64,000 nt of DNA from a virus (IMGVR_UViG_3300017700_000469:1-64000), one strand, 5' to 3'. Shown: positions 49,207-58,648, counted from the first letter of the stretch. A program made the numbers and translations. Notes: generated by a model from the sequence alone, not told the origin.

Positions 49207-49744
49207 CGGATTTGAGTACCGAGGTTTCGAGATCGTGCCCGACCCGAACTGGGCAGTTTCGTACAAGCCGTACTTCATCGCCTGCGGACCTGAGTTCGGT
49301 ACGAAGGCCGGATGCCGACCGCGATGGGCTCGCGGCGAGTACACGTCGGACGAAGCTCGACAGTTGATCGACGCTTATCGCGAGTCGCCGGTCGATGGGC
49401 CGGTTCGGGAGACCGTGTCGATCCGCCTCGCAAGGCACTACGTGGAGTGGCTCGATCTCTACCATCTCTCGATGAAGAGCGGGCAGTTCGAGACCGGTTG
49501 CAATGCCAAGCGTCGAGCAGTTTTCTACGCCCAAGAATTGATCCGCCGTAAGAAGCCGCTGCCGAAGCCTCTGACGACCGCGACCGGAGAGCCCTTAGCT
49601 CTCAACCCGCCGCGAGATGACGATGACCGGCCGAGCGGGGCCAACCGTCCACGTCGCCGACGTCGCGCCTATTCCGTCGTGGATGAGCTAAACGCCAAGT
49701 TCTCCGTGTATCGACGTGCCAAGCATCGCGAAGACGCCTGTTAG
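49193..49744 (+). CDS. hypothetical protein with an Arg-rich C-terminus
   Basis: C-terminal run RPRRRRRAY. 183-aa ORF. Confidence 0.35.
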   Translation: MLHDNGFEYRGFEIVPDPNWAVSYKPYFIACGPEFGTKAGCRPRWARGEYTSDEARQLIDAYRESPVDGPVRETVSIRLARHYVEWLDLYHLSMKSGQFETGCNAKRRAVFYAQELIRRKKPLPKPLTTATGEPLALNPPRDDDDRPSGANRPRRRRRAYSVVDELNAKFSVYRRAKHREDAC

Positions 49745-49893
49745 CGATCATCACCCAGGTTTGAACATGCCTCACGACGTCATCGCGATTATGGCCAGAC
49801 AACTGATGCTCAACATAGAGCGTCGGTTGGCTGCACAGATTGCCTCATCACCATTCACTGGCTTGCCCCATGCGAACGTCGAATCGACGCACA

Positions 49894-50214
49894 ATGCAAC
49901 GCTCCAAATGGCGACCCAAGCGAAAATTGGGTATCGCCGGTCGCATCAACGCCCTTTCGTGGCTGAGTACGATTCGACTCTGGCTCTTCGTGGCATCCGC
50001 GTGGGCCGTGGTTATTACTGCCCTTACTAGCGGCTGGGAGTACGAGCTTGTAGACGGCCGCGAAATGCGTGCCTGGAACATCAAGCTCCCAGGTTGGAAG
50101 CACTACGTCGATCTGACGACGGACCCGCCGCAGGTCCGCACCTACTTCTCGCTTCGCTCGCCTTATCGAGTGAGCCCGTACATCGAACCGGAATGGGCAA
50201 ATGAAACCCCTTAG
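49894..50214 (+). CDS. membrane protein (hypothetical)
   Basis: High GC3 from ~49890 onward. TM LWLFVASAWAVVITALT. Confidence 0.3.
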   Translation: MQRSKWRPKRKLGIAGRINALSWLSTIRLWLFVASAWAVVITALTSGWEYELVDGREMRAWNIKLPGWKHYVDLTTDPPQVRTYFSLRSPYRVSPYIEPEWANETP

Positions 50215-50578
50215 CATCGGCCAGCTTGTTCGCGTGCGGAAGTTCGCCGAAGTCGGTTACTACGACGGCCTGGAAAAGAAACTGGCGACGTTCGACGTCG
50301 AGCCCTTCTTAGCACTGATCGTCGGTCAGACCGTGAAGCGGCTCGGCACCTACCATTCAGGCTCTCGCGGCGACGGTTGGAGCGGTGACTACGAAGAGGC
50401 GTCGCTGTCCATCAGCGGCTCCGTCACGCTCTGGCTTGTCCGGGCGGGAATGGTCAACAAGCCGCTCTGCATCCGCGATGAGGACATTGAACCGGTCCCG
50501 AGCGAGTCGAGCGAGTTCAAACTGCCGTGGCGAGCGGCAAAGCCTCGGCGGATCAAGACGGCAACGGAACCGGCATAG
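50201..50578 (+). CDS. hypothetical protein
   Basis: 125-aa ORF. Confidence 0.35.
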   Translation: MKPLSIGQLVRVRKFAEVGYYDGLEKKLATFDVEPFLALIVGQTVKRLGTYHSGSRGDGWSGDYEEASLSISGSVTLWLVRAGMVNKPLCIRDEDIEPVPSESSEFKLPWRAAKPRRIKTATEPA

Positions 50579-50998
50579 GTGCGCATGGCCTCTGAACGCA
50601 GAGCGGGCCGTGACGTTAAATAGCCAAGACACCAGCATCGTCTGCGGCGATGCGATCATCACGAAGATGTGACGGACAGCAGCCTATGCGACGCAAAGAG
50701 ATCGCGGCGAAGACAATCACGCAGAGTAATGACGCCTCGTGCCATAGTCCTCGGGCGAACGGGCACAAGGCTCGTGCATCCCTCAAGAGGACGAGCAGTA
50801 AGAAGCTGCGGCAGGCCGTGGCCAAGGACACGGCCGAGCAGGTCGCCGACGCCGACCCGTTGAAGCCGGGGCTCGGCCTGTTGGTCAAACTTGGTTCGAT
50901 CGCGGTCCATGTGGACGAAATGCTTTCACCCGGCGGCCATGAGGCCGACCGGATCGCGATCAATCAGCTTCTCAACGATGAAGACGTCAAAGCCTGGG

Positions 50999-51604
50999 TC
51001 ATCGCGCTGACGCGATCTGGGATGCTTCCTGTGAAGCGATGAACTGACCCATCGCGGCTCCCACCAGCCCGCCTATCGTGCGGGCACCGAGCTTATCCTT
51101 TAGTTTCTTGATCTTCGAGTCGATGGCGCTCTCGGACAAGAACATCTTTTCTGCGATCTCTCGCAGCGTGTGGTCGGCGCAGAGCAACGACAACAGAATC
51201 TTGTCGTCGGTCGTGATCTCGGCATAGATGGCCGGCAGTCGCGAGCTTATGCACACGAACGACAGGCCGGGTATCAGGGCGGCGACCGCACCGACCTTGA
51301 ACGTGTCGGCGGGGATCAGCGTCACACGCCAGAGCACGTCCGGCATGTTCGGACCGAAGCTCGTGTTGACCACGTAGCCCACGATCTGACCCCGCATCAC
51401 GCAGTCGTCGATGGCGGCGTTCTGTGTGGCGTGATCGTCTCCGACCCAGAACTCGCGAAAGCACCGACCGACCCAGCCACGCTCGTTGCAAGGGTCGCTG
51501 CTCGCCCAAAGTATGCGAGCGTGCGCGTCGTGGAGGCTCACTACTAAGTTGCTAAGATTGTGCTTTTCATCGTCTGAGCCCGGTTCTTTCAGCGGCGTTT
51601 TCAT
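50999..51604 (-). CDS. LuxR-family transcriptional regulator (C-terminal HTH) with an N-terminal putative ligand-binding domain
   Basis: DDKILLSLLCADHTLREIAEKMFLSESAIDSKIKKLKDKLGARTIGGLV is a LuxR/FixJ-type HTH. ~160-aa N-terminal domain with a WASSDP...W pattern. Confidence 0.65.
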   Translation of the reverse strand: MKTPLKEPGSDDEKHNLSNLVVSLHDAHARILWASSDPCNERGWVGRCFREFWVGDDHATQNAAIDDCVMRGQIVGYVVNTSFGPNMPDVLWRVTLIPADTFKVGAVAALIPGLSFVCISSRLPAIYAEITTDDKILLSLLCADHTLREIAEKMFLSESAIDSKIKKLKDKLGARTIGGLVGAAMGQFIASQEASQIASAR

Positions 51605-51683
51605 GGTTTTCCCGGTTGGACTCAGTAGGAAAAATAACGGAGAGTTGATTACGGCAATGACAGCTTCAAAACGGGAGTTTCCG

Positions 51684-51884
51684 ATGATCGTCCGCACAGA
51701 ACTCATTACTCTTCACGCAGTCGATCTGCTCGAACTACTGGGAACACCCGGCGACGGCCAAGGCTCGCTGTCGTTGATGACCGATGGTGAAGAGCAAATT
51801 GAAATCGATCTCGATGCGTTGTGTCTTGTCGTGAAGTTGGAACTCGCCAACGATGCGCCGCCAAGCTACATCTTGCCGATGTGA
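51684..51884 (+). CDS. small acidic protein divergent from the LuxR gene
   Basis: RBS GGGAG 6 nt upstream of the ATG. 66 aa. Confidence 0.3.
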   Translation: MIVRTELITLHAVDLLELLGTPGDGQGSLSLMTDGEEQIEIDLDALCLVVKLELANDAPPSYILPM

Positions 51885-51885
51885 T

Positions 51886-52359
51886 TCAAACTCCCGACGA
51901 CTTTAGGACGGCCTCCAACGGCTCAAGTGATTCGTGGCTTGCGCCGAGCCTTCGCAGCGCATCCACAGCTATCGTGAGACTGTCACGTAGCTTTCGGTTC
52001 ACCGGCGGTGCTGAGCAATCCATGTGGCTCAGACCGCTGTCTGGAAACAGCCGGCACAGCTTGTCAACGAAGTGCTCTTCGTCAACAATGACCGTTCCGA
52101 GAATCTTGTCGGCGTCCGGTACCCCGCAACATGGTACCGATTCCACATACATCACGATCGGGACGAGCTTATCGGCAGGTTCACCGATGTGCATTCTAGA
52201 TACGCACACCGCGATGGATACGCCGGTCGTACTGTCACGACCGCGAAGTGTGACCGGATTCTCTGAGCCCGAGGCCGGAGGCATGTGTCCCTCTGATTGG
52301 TAGATAGCGGACGCTCTCGATAACGGGATCGACATTAGCCTAAGTTTCGGCCAGCCCAT
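51886..52359 (-). CDS. hypothetical protein
   Basis: 157-aa ORF. Confidence 0.3.
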   Translation of the reverse strand: MGWPKLRLMSIPLSRASAIYQSEGHMPPASGSENPVTLRGRDSTTGVSIAVCVSRMHIGEPADKLVPIVMYVESVPCCGVPDADKILGTVIVDEEHFVDKLCRLFPDSGLSHMDCSAPPVNRKLRDSLTIAVDALRRLGASHESLEPLEAVLKSSGV

Positions 52360-52670
52360 AATGAATTTGGGCTAGTTTGGCGTAAGTCCGCAACGCCAAT
52401 CTCTACTATGCCAATCTGTCGTGCTACTGCTCGCCTATGCTTTTGTGGCGAAGCGGTGCTCTTGCAATATGCGTGCCGAGCGCACAAACCGTATGGCCTC
52501 GATCGTGAGGCAGAGTGTTCCCACTAGCCAAGGGCTGAACCCTGGGAACAAGATGCGGTAGCTGCAAAGAATCAAGCAGTTGGCAATGATGAACGGCATG
52601 GGCTATCTCTGAGGAATGGTCGATACTTCAACCATAGCTCACAAACGGCAACCGTCAAAGCTGCTGATAT

Positions 52671-52979
52671 TCAAAACCAGCGGAGTCCGGTCCGAGGCGG
52701 GTCCGCGACCGCCGGCGTCGTGTCGGCCTCGTCGGCTTCGAGCAAGGCCCGCAGGCCGCGACTGCCAACCATGAAGAGGCGGCGGCATCTCAGACAGTCC
52801 TCATTGCAGCTAGGCCATCCCTGCCACTGCCACGGACCGGAGACTTTGAAGGTCAGACGCCCGCAGAGCGAGCGGACCGTTTGGAAACCATCGCCGGCCG
52901 ACTCCACGAAGTAGAAGCAATGGAGTCGGTCGCTTTTCGTCGAGCCCATCCATCCCCACGGCTTAGGCGGCTCGGTCAT
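52671..52979 (-). CDS. hypothetical Cys-containing small protein
   Basis: CFYF..C...CNEDCLRC. Confidence 0.35.
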   Translation of the reverse strand: MTEPPKPWGWMGSTKSDRLHCFYFVESAGDGFQTVRSLCGRLTFKVSGPWQWQGWPSCNEDCLRCRRLFMVGSRGLRALLEADEADTTPAVADPPRTGLRWF

Positions 52980-53275
52980 TTCTTAGGCCAAGGTCGAGTC
53001 ATCTTGAAGCGGGTATCCCGCAAAACTTCTTGGATCGGTTTGGCTTCCATGCTCGCGAGCTTCTCGTCGAGCGTGTCGGACGTTGACTTTCCCCACCGCT
53101 TGCGTCGGTAGGCACGAAGTTGCTTGATGAACTGCTCCGTTTCGGCGATCAGTTCGTCATCCCCGCCGCCTCTGCACGGCTCCATAGCGGCTAGGAACCC
53201 GACACGATCCTGCTCGGCGTAGTTGCACGCCCTTCTCAGCAGTTCGTCTACGCTCAGATTCTTTGGCTTGGGCAT
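52976..53275 (-). CDS. hypothetical protein
   Basis: 99-aa ORF. Confidence 0.4.
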   Translation of the reverse strand: MPKPKNLSVDELLRRACNYAEQDRVGFLAAMEPCRGGGDDELIAETEQFIKQLRAYRRKRWGKSTSDTLDEKLASMEAKPIQEVLRDTRFKMTRPWPKK

Positions 53276-53476
53276 CTCTCAGTAGCTCCACGCTTCGTTT
53301 CGTAATATACCACGAGACGCCCGACATTGGGATCGACGACTGACGGCCACCGTGGGCGGTCCAGTGTTCGATGATCTCGGCGTGGCCGTTCTCCAAGACG
53401 AGCAACTCCGCGCCTGAGTCGATCATCTTGAGAGCTTCACGCCAACTCGTTCGGCGGATCGGGATCGGCTTTCTCA

Positions 53477-53716
53477 TTAGTTGGACCACGCGAACGTGTG
53501 CCAATACTGACCGACCGCTGTGAGCACGCCATCGCAATCCGGCATCGTGTACCACTTCTTCACCTGCCGGACTCGCTGCAATCCCCAGCGACGCTCCGAG
53601 CGGGTCGGGTTGTCGGCGAGTAGCGTCACCGGCCGTAGGAAGAACCGTGTGACCGTGCGGTAGACGCCTTTAAGGTCCGGCCCGAATACGTGTCCGTCGC
53701 CGATGTGCTTTCTCAT
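53477..53716 (-). CDS. hypothetical small protein (refined from ORF 53477..53974)
   Basis: ATGA overlap with the upstream gene. Confidence 0.3.
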   Translation of the reverse strand: MRKHIGDGHVFGPDLKGVYRTVTRFFLRPVTLLADNPTRSERRWGLQRVRQVKKWYTMPDCDGVLTAVGQYWHTFAWSN

Positions 53717-54042
53717 GTGACGTGTTTCACCTTCATCAGCTTGACTAGCGTTCGTAGCGTCTTGTTCTTGCACATGAACAACCGTTTCGGGTTGTTGACG
53801 ATGTAGCCGACCAGTTCGTGCCGCTCGATGATGTCGAGCCGCTCTTGCGTCCGCTCGATGATCTTCATCCCAGGCTCGCCGATCATCACGCCGTCGCTGC
53901 GACGGAATCGCCAGTTGCCGATGACGAACTGCGTCGGCGTGACCTTGTCGATCTTGTACTCGCGGAGCGGGCAATTGTGCATCGATCTCCCAAGGTCCAC
54001 GATGACCGGGTCGCCCTTCTTCAGTTCAAGTGACCAGTTCAT
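53713..54042 (-). CDS. hypothetical protein
   Basis: 109-aa ORF with clean composition. Confidence 0.4.
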   Translation of the reverse strand: MNWSLELKKGDPVIVDLGRSMHNCPLREYKIDKVTPTQFVIGNWRFRRSDGVMIGEPGMKIIERTQERLDIIERHELVGYIVNNPKRLFMCKNKTLRTLVKLMKVKHVT

Positions 54043-54247
54043 TTGTTCCTCGTGATCGTGTAGGCGTTGCCGCCGTGGTGAACCGTCATCGATTCACCTG
54101 GCGTAAGCGGGTTCCAGCCCGCCAGGGCCGCCATGATGTCCGGGAAGTGCGGTTGCATTGCGTGCGGCGGCCAGCGGCTCAAGATTCGCTCGATGGTGGT
54201 TCGCACGACAACCGGGTCGGTGTCTCGCGGGCAATCGGTGATGTGGA

Positions 54248-54751
54248 TCATTGATGCGTTGAGAAGATGGAGTGTGGGATCGCTGGCAGTCGGAAGACGG
54301 CACCCGCGATGACGTGGTCGTTCGGTAGGCTCTGGCTGTTGTTGAGCGCGACCATCGCAGCGCGATCGAGACTCGTCAGATGCAGGTCGAGGGCACTCTG
54401 CCCGACGAACGGCGGCGACCAGTACGTCGTCGGTGGTTGCCCATCCGTTCGAGCACGCCAGCCTTGAGCGATGTACAAGGCGTCCGGCACGATCCCGTTG
54501 TCTTCAGCGTCGTGAAGCCTGTCGATGGACACGAAGCAGTTGAAGATTTCGGTTTGAAGCTCGGACTCCGTCTTAGGTGCTCGGATGGCGGCGACAAGCA
54601 CTTCCAAGTCCATGTAGACTCGTTCGCTGTCCCATTGCCCGACCTTCGGCTTAGGCATTTGCTTCAAAACTGGGATGACACGTTGCTCTAAGGCCCAGAG
54701 CAGCTTGCCGATCGCGTCTTCAGGCTCGGGTGGTACTTGATCGTCGCTCAT
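54248..54751 (-). CDS. hypothetical protein (start refined to MSDDQVPPE)
   Basis: ATGA overlap with the upstream Zn-ribbon gene. Confidence 0.35.
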   Translation of the reverse strand: MSDDQVPPEPEDAIGKLLWALEQRVIPVLKQMPKPKVGQWDSERVYMDLEVLVAAIRAPKTESELQTEIFNCFVSIDRLHDAEDNGIVPDALYIAQGWRARTDGQPPTTYWSPPFVGQSALDLHLTSLDRAAMVALNNSQSLPNDHVIAGAVFRLPAIPHSIFSTHQ

Positions 54752-54981
54752 GCGCCGGCACATTCCTTGCAAAGTTCGTCGAAGTTCTTTTCCAGGTCGG
54801 CGATAGGCAACCATTGGTCGCACTGCTCGCACTTGAAGATTTTGCCGACTTTCTGAAGCTGGTCGAACACTTCGTCCTCGACTTCAACGCCGAACATCTT
54901 CTCGGCGACCCGGAAGACGTTCTGGCTCGAATGCACGAGCTTGCCGGCCAGCTTGTCGATCTGTTCGTCGGTCAGTCGCAT
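54748..54981 (-). CDS. Zn-ribbon mini-protein
   Basis: CEQCDQW...CKEC. Confidence 0.45.
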   Translation of the reverse strand: MRLTDEQIDKLAGKLVHSSQNVFRVAEKMFGVEVEDEVFDQLQKVGKIFKCEQCDQWLPIADLEKNFDELCKECAGA

Positions 54982-55199
54982 AGTTCAACTCGTTTCAGGT
55001 TGCGGAGCAGGTTGTAATCGCGTCGTCGAGTCTTGTCCGGTCGGACGAAGATGGGTTTCCTGTGCCTTTGGAAGCGAACGAGAGCGCCCGTCTTCGAGCC
55101 ACACGAGCACTTCCGCATCGTGTAGCGATCCGGCTCGCCTCGCTTCTCCCACGCTCCGATCTGGGTTTGCTTACCGCAGCCGCAGCAGTAGCCGATCAT
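54972..55199 (-). CDS. Zn-ribbon mini-protein
   Basis: CCGCGK...CSCGS. Confidence 0.45.
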   Translation of the reverse strand: MIGYCCGCGKQTQIGAWEKRGEPDRYTMRKCSCGSKTGALVRFQRHRKPIFVRPDKTRRRDYNLLRNLKRVELCD

Positions 55200-55201
55200 C
55201 G

Positions 55202-55414
55202 TCAGTTCCCTTCGATCTGTTCAGAGCCGCAGAGCGGGCAGTGTTTGATCTCGAAGCTCTCGGCGGTGGGTACGTTGGGCTCGACCGTGACGTTTGCCTC
55301 GTGACTGCACGAAAAGCAGTAGACCTTCACGGTTTCGCGTCCCCGGACAGCAATACCGTCACCAGCGGGTTGCAACGAGGGCTTGCGGAGCTTGACGGCA
55401 CGTTTCTTGGACAC
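55202..55414 (-). CDS. Zn-ribbon mini-protein
   Basis: CFSCSH...CPLCGS. Confidence 0.45.
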   Translation of the reverse strand: MSKKRAVKLRKPSLQPAGDGIAVRGRETVKVYCFSCSHEANVTVEPNVPTAESFEIKHCPLCGSEQIEGN

Positions 55415-55416
55415 GG

Positions 55417-56007
55417 TTATCCCTCGGGTTGGTACTCTTTGACGTCCCAGCCGTTCTTCTTAGCGTCGATCAGCCACGACAGCTTGCTCTCGGCTTCATC
55501 CAGCGATGCGAGATCGGCGTCGGACCGGTTGAGTCGGTATCGGAACTTGGCTTCCCTCGCCAGTCCCGCTTGTTCGGCGATCGCTCGGTCGTAGATGGCC
55601 GCCTGCAAGGCCGCGAGGGTCAGTTCGCTGGCCTTTAGGTCTAGCGAGACGTCGCGGGCGTCGAATTGAGCACAGAAAGACCGCTTCGGGTTCGGTAGCT
55701 CGATGACGCCGAGGCTTTCGATGTCGAACGGCTCGCCGGCGTTGCCGAGGAACGAGATTCCCTCTTCGTTCTCGTAGTCCTTCATGTCGCCTTCGGCGAT
55801 CAGGTATCGGTCGAGCTTATCAGCATCGACGGCCTCGTCGAGCGCGTCTTGGAGGCTGTCGGCGAAGACGACGCAGAGCACGAAGCCGTGATCGTGGAAG
55901 AGCCACGGTCGGACTGAGTGCGGATTGTATTCGCCTGCGGCGATCCAGTTGTCGAGATCGACGACGTCGGCGTCACTGAACTTGATGTCTTGGAAGCTGG
56001 TTTGCAT
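55417..56007 (-). CDS. Highly acidic hypothetical protein (DNA-mimic/anti-restriction-like composition; inference)
   Basis: 196 aa, strongly Asp/Glu-rich throughout. Second gene behind promoter copy 2. Confidence 0.4.
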   Translation of the reverse strand: MQTSFQDIKFSDADVVDLDNWIAAGEYNPHSVRPWLFHDHGFVLCVVFADSLQDALDEAVDADKLDRYLIAEGDMKDYENEEGISFLGNAGEPFDIESLGVIELPNPKRSFCAQFDARDVSLDLKASELTLAALQAAIYDRAIAEQAGLAREAKFRYRLNRSDADLASLDEAESKLSWLIDAKKNGWDVKEYQPEG

Positions 56008-56147
56008 TAGAGCAGGCTCTTCAATGCAGTGGCTTCTTCGACCGTAATCGACACCAAGGTGACTCGGCTCAAGACCGAGACGGCGAGTTCGATGGCGACA
56101 GGGTTCTTCTCTTCGAGACCCTTCTTAATGGCTTCCAGCAGGTTCAT
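56007..56147 (-). CDS. 46-aa leader mini-ORF coupled (TAATG) to the acidic protein gene; not in the ORF track
   Basis: Read by eye: ATG at 56147 with RBS AGGAA, MNLLEAIKKGLEEKNPVAIELAVSVLSRVTLVSITVEEATALKSLL. Confidence 0.3.
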   Translation of the reverse strand: MNLLEAIKKGLEEKNPVAIELAVSVLSRVTLVSITVEEATALKSLL

Positions 56148-56180
56148 GGCGGCGTTCCTGAGTTGTGTTGCAGTGCCCTA

Positions 56181-56218
56181 CAACTCAAGATTACACCAGC
56201 TTTGAGCAAAGTCAAAGC
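56181..56218 (-). promoter_or_regulatory. Conserved early promoter/operator copy 2 (TTGACT-16-TAATCT)
   Basis: The - strand reads ctttgactttgctcaaagctggtgtaatcttgagttgtag. Confidence 0.5.
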
Positions 56219-56228
56219 ATTTTGTAGA

Positions 56229-56627
56229 TTATGCGACTTTGTCCGTGAGAACCTTAATGACTTGCAGGTGCCGACTGCCGCTACATTCGGAACCGTCGAA
56301 CAGGCGAACGGCGTGCGTGTCGGATGTCTTTCGGAACAGATACGAGCCTTTGCGGAAGCCGCCATGCCCGCTGTCGTCGCCGTCGCTAGGGAAACCGATG
56401 TAGTGATCGCCGATCATCAGGTCCGTGAAGACGAGCGGCTGGCTTTGTGCATGGCGGGCTCGCCGGTCCTTGGCTTGGAACCGCTCGAACGGCCGCACCA
56501 TGACGCCCTCTAAGTCCGACTCAGGGCCGTGGCTAGCGACGAACTTGTTCATCTTCGGCGTCAACATGCAGGAGAGTCCTTGGATCGGTGCGACGCCGCC
56601 GTTCGGTAGTTCAATGAAGTGAGGCAT
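56229..56627 (-). CDS. hypothetical protein
   Basis: 132-aa ORF. Confidence 0.35.
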   Translation of the reverse strand: MPHFIELPNGGVAPIQGLSCMLTPKMNKFVASHGPESDLEGVMVRPFERFQAKDRRARHAQSQPLVFTDLMIGDHYIGFPSDGDDSGHGGFRKGSYLFRKTSDTHAVRLFDGSECSGSRHLQVIKVLTDKVA

Positions 56628-56886
56628 GGTGTTGTTCTAAGAGGGTGTTGACGCCGGACGCGCGATTGCGGGTGAAGGCACCTTTGGTGTATTGCTTCGG
56701 TGTCTGGTACCGCCAGATCGTCGGATGGAAGTCTTTGAGTCGGATGCCTCGGTTCCAGCCTTGCATCCCTCGGTACGAAAGTTCCTTCGACGAGTAGACG
56801 TGTCCGATCAGTGTCTCGCCGAGCATGACGTCGTAGCGGGTCTGCTCGCCGGGGCGAGGCTTCTGTTTGATGAGTGTCGGCGTCAC
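56611..56886 (-). CDS. hypothetical protein
   Basis: 91-aa ORF. Confidence 0.35.
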   Translation of the reverse strand: MTPTLIKQKPRPGEQTRYDVMLGETLIGHVYSSKELSYRGMQGWNRGIRLKDFHPTIWRYQTPKQYTKGAFTRNRASGVNTLLEQHHASLH

Positions 56887-57098
56887 AGAACGGTCTCGGG
56901 ATCGGTGAGGAACTCCCAGGCTTGCGCAACCGCCCAGTCCTTCTGGCCTGCGAAGACCGCATAGCGTTGGAACGGGTTGATCGTGTGCAGGCTGTAGGCT
57001 TGCTCGAATCCCTCGAACGCCTCGACACCCTGGCGGATTTCGAGATCGTCACGCAGGTAGTAGCCGTGCCGGTTGAGTTCAGCTTCGTCAAGGATCAT
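56883..57098 (-). CDS. hypothetical protein
   Basis: 71-aa ORF. Confidence 0.35.
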   Translation of the reverse strand: MILDEAELNRHGYYLRDDLEIRQGVEAFEGFEQAYSLHTINPFQRYAVFAGQKDWAVAQAWEFLTDPETVL

Positions 57099-57101
57099 CG
57101 G

Positions 57102-57416
57102 TCAGTCTTGGGATGAGAGGTAGTCGTTGTAGGCCGCACCACACGCGAGGCAGCCGCATTTCCCACTACATGAATCCCAGCAGCCAGATAGGCAGGTGCA
57201 AGGCTCACCGTCGTAGAGCCCGTCCGGCGGGTATAGCCGAAGGCCGAACTCGGTGGGTTGTGGCTTCGGATCGGGCGGCTCAGGTGTGGGCGGTACATAG
57301 TCCGCGACGAGCTTCAGCAGTTCGTCACGCTCGGTACCGGCGGTGCGAGCGATCTGTTGGGCGCGGTGGACGTGGTTCGTGAGTAGGCACGCTTCGACTT
57401 GTTTTCTGGCGTTCAT
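57102..57416 (-). CDS. Cys-rich small protein (start refined to MNARKQVEA)
   Basis: CTCLSGCWDSCSGKCGCLACG. ATGA overlap with the upstream gene. Confidence 0.4.
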   Translation of the reverse strand: MNARKQVEACLLTNHVHRAQQIARTAGTERDELLKLVADYVPPTPEPPDPKPQPTEFGLRLYPPDGLYDGEPCTCLSGCWDSCSGKCGCLACGAAYNDYLSSQD

Positions 57417-58648
57417 TCCCACCGCCGTCCCTTCAAGGGCTTGGTGAACATCGGGCGGATCGGAAGTTCCTGCCGAGCGACCCAGTCCTTGACACGCTGG
57501 CTGGACGTCGAGGACGTGGGCGGCGTCTCTTCGATCACCGCGAGCTTGGCGTCTTCGAGCGGCGGTACGTGAATCATGGTGATCCGCGAGTCGCCTGGAA
57601 TGATCGGGCACGCATCCTTATCGCTTGCGCACTGGATGAAGTGCGTAGTGGCCGGCGGATCGATCTTCGTGATCTTGCCGTCTCGCTTCGCGCGACCGAG
57701 AGCCTGTTCCCAACTTGCAGCGGTGTAGTTCTGCGGCGTGCCCATGCCGAGCGTGCAGATTCGGCACTCGACCACCGATTCGTCTTCCTCGAACGTGAAT
57801 CCCGGCCGACCCGTGACCGGATGCTCGATGATTCCCTTCACGGTGGCCCATTTGAAACGTGATTTGAACGGCTTCGCACTGATCTTTCGTACCTTTTGGC
57901 CGATCCACGACGTCCAGATCGCGACGGTACGCTCTTCCCAAGGCTCTGGGCGTTCCTTCGGAGCGGGTTTCGTCGGCGAGCCATACATGGCCGCGAAGAC
58001 GCCGAGATGTGTCGCCGTGTATGGCTTGCCGGCGTACTTAGCCGCCAAGTCCTTCAAGCTCGGTCCACGCCTCTCTTCAAGCTCTTCGATCATCTTGATC
58101 TGGTGATTCCACAGCCTCGTTTCAAGCGGCTTGTAGTCGGGCATCGGCGGCCCATAGAAGTTGTTGTCGCACCGCCAACGAATCCAAGCCATGTCGTCGG
58201 CGTGACGAGCACGTACTTGGACGTCGGTTGGAGCATCTTTGAAGCTCGGACCGAAGATTTTGACGACCGGAAGGCCCGATTCCATGAGTTTGGCGAGGTT
58301 TTCGGCGTCCGGGACCGCCTCGGTGCCCTGATTCTTGAGCAATTCGCTGACTTGAGCGAGCAACGCCGCCTGTTCTTCGGCCGTGGGAGCTACGCAGATG
58401 ACCATCATCGCGCCGGTGACGATGACTTGCGGTTCGAGCGGCCTCGACTTGAGAACCTCGGCCTCTTCCAACGCCGTCATCTTCGGATAGCTGTACGGCG
58501 ACATCGTCTCGAAGTCATACGCCATCTTCCCATCGGGCAGACGAACTGCGGCGACGTTGAGCCGAACCGGAGGCTTGTCCAAATTTTCCACGCCGTCAAT
58601 GTCGCTCATAAGGTGTTTCAATGCGTCTAAGGGCTTCGGATCGGTCAC
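57413..58648 (-). CDS. 411-aa hypothetical protein, first gene behind promoter copy 3 (GTG start or a leaderless mRNA possible)
   Basis: No family recognised. The first codon is GTG, 3 nt after the promoter element. Confidence 0.45.
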   Translation of the reverse strand: MTDPKPLDALKHLMSDIDGVENLDKPPVRLNVAAVRLPDGKMAYDFETMSPYSYPKMTALEEAEVLKSRPLEPQVIVTGAMMVICVAPTAEEQAALLAQVSELLKNQGTEAVPDAENLAKLMESGLPVVKIFGPSFKDAPTDVQVRARHADDMAWIRWRCDNNFYGPPMPDYKPLETRLWNHQIKMIEELEERRGPSLKDLAAKYAGKPYTATHLGVFAAMYGSPTKPAPKERPEPWEERTVAIWTSWIGQKVRKISAKPFKSRFKWATVKGIIEHPVTGRPGFTFEEDESVVECRICTLGMGTPQNYTAASWEQALGRAKRDGKITKIDPPATTHFIQCASDKDACPIIPGDSRITMIHVPPLEDAKLAVIEETPPTSSTSSQRVKDWVARQELPIRPMFTKPLKGRRWE

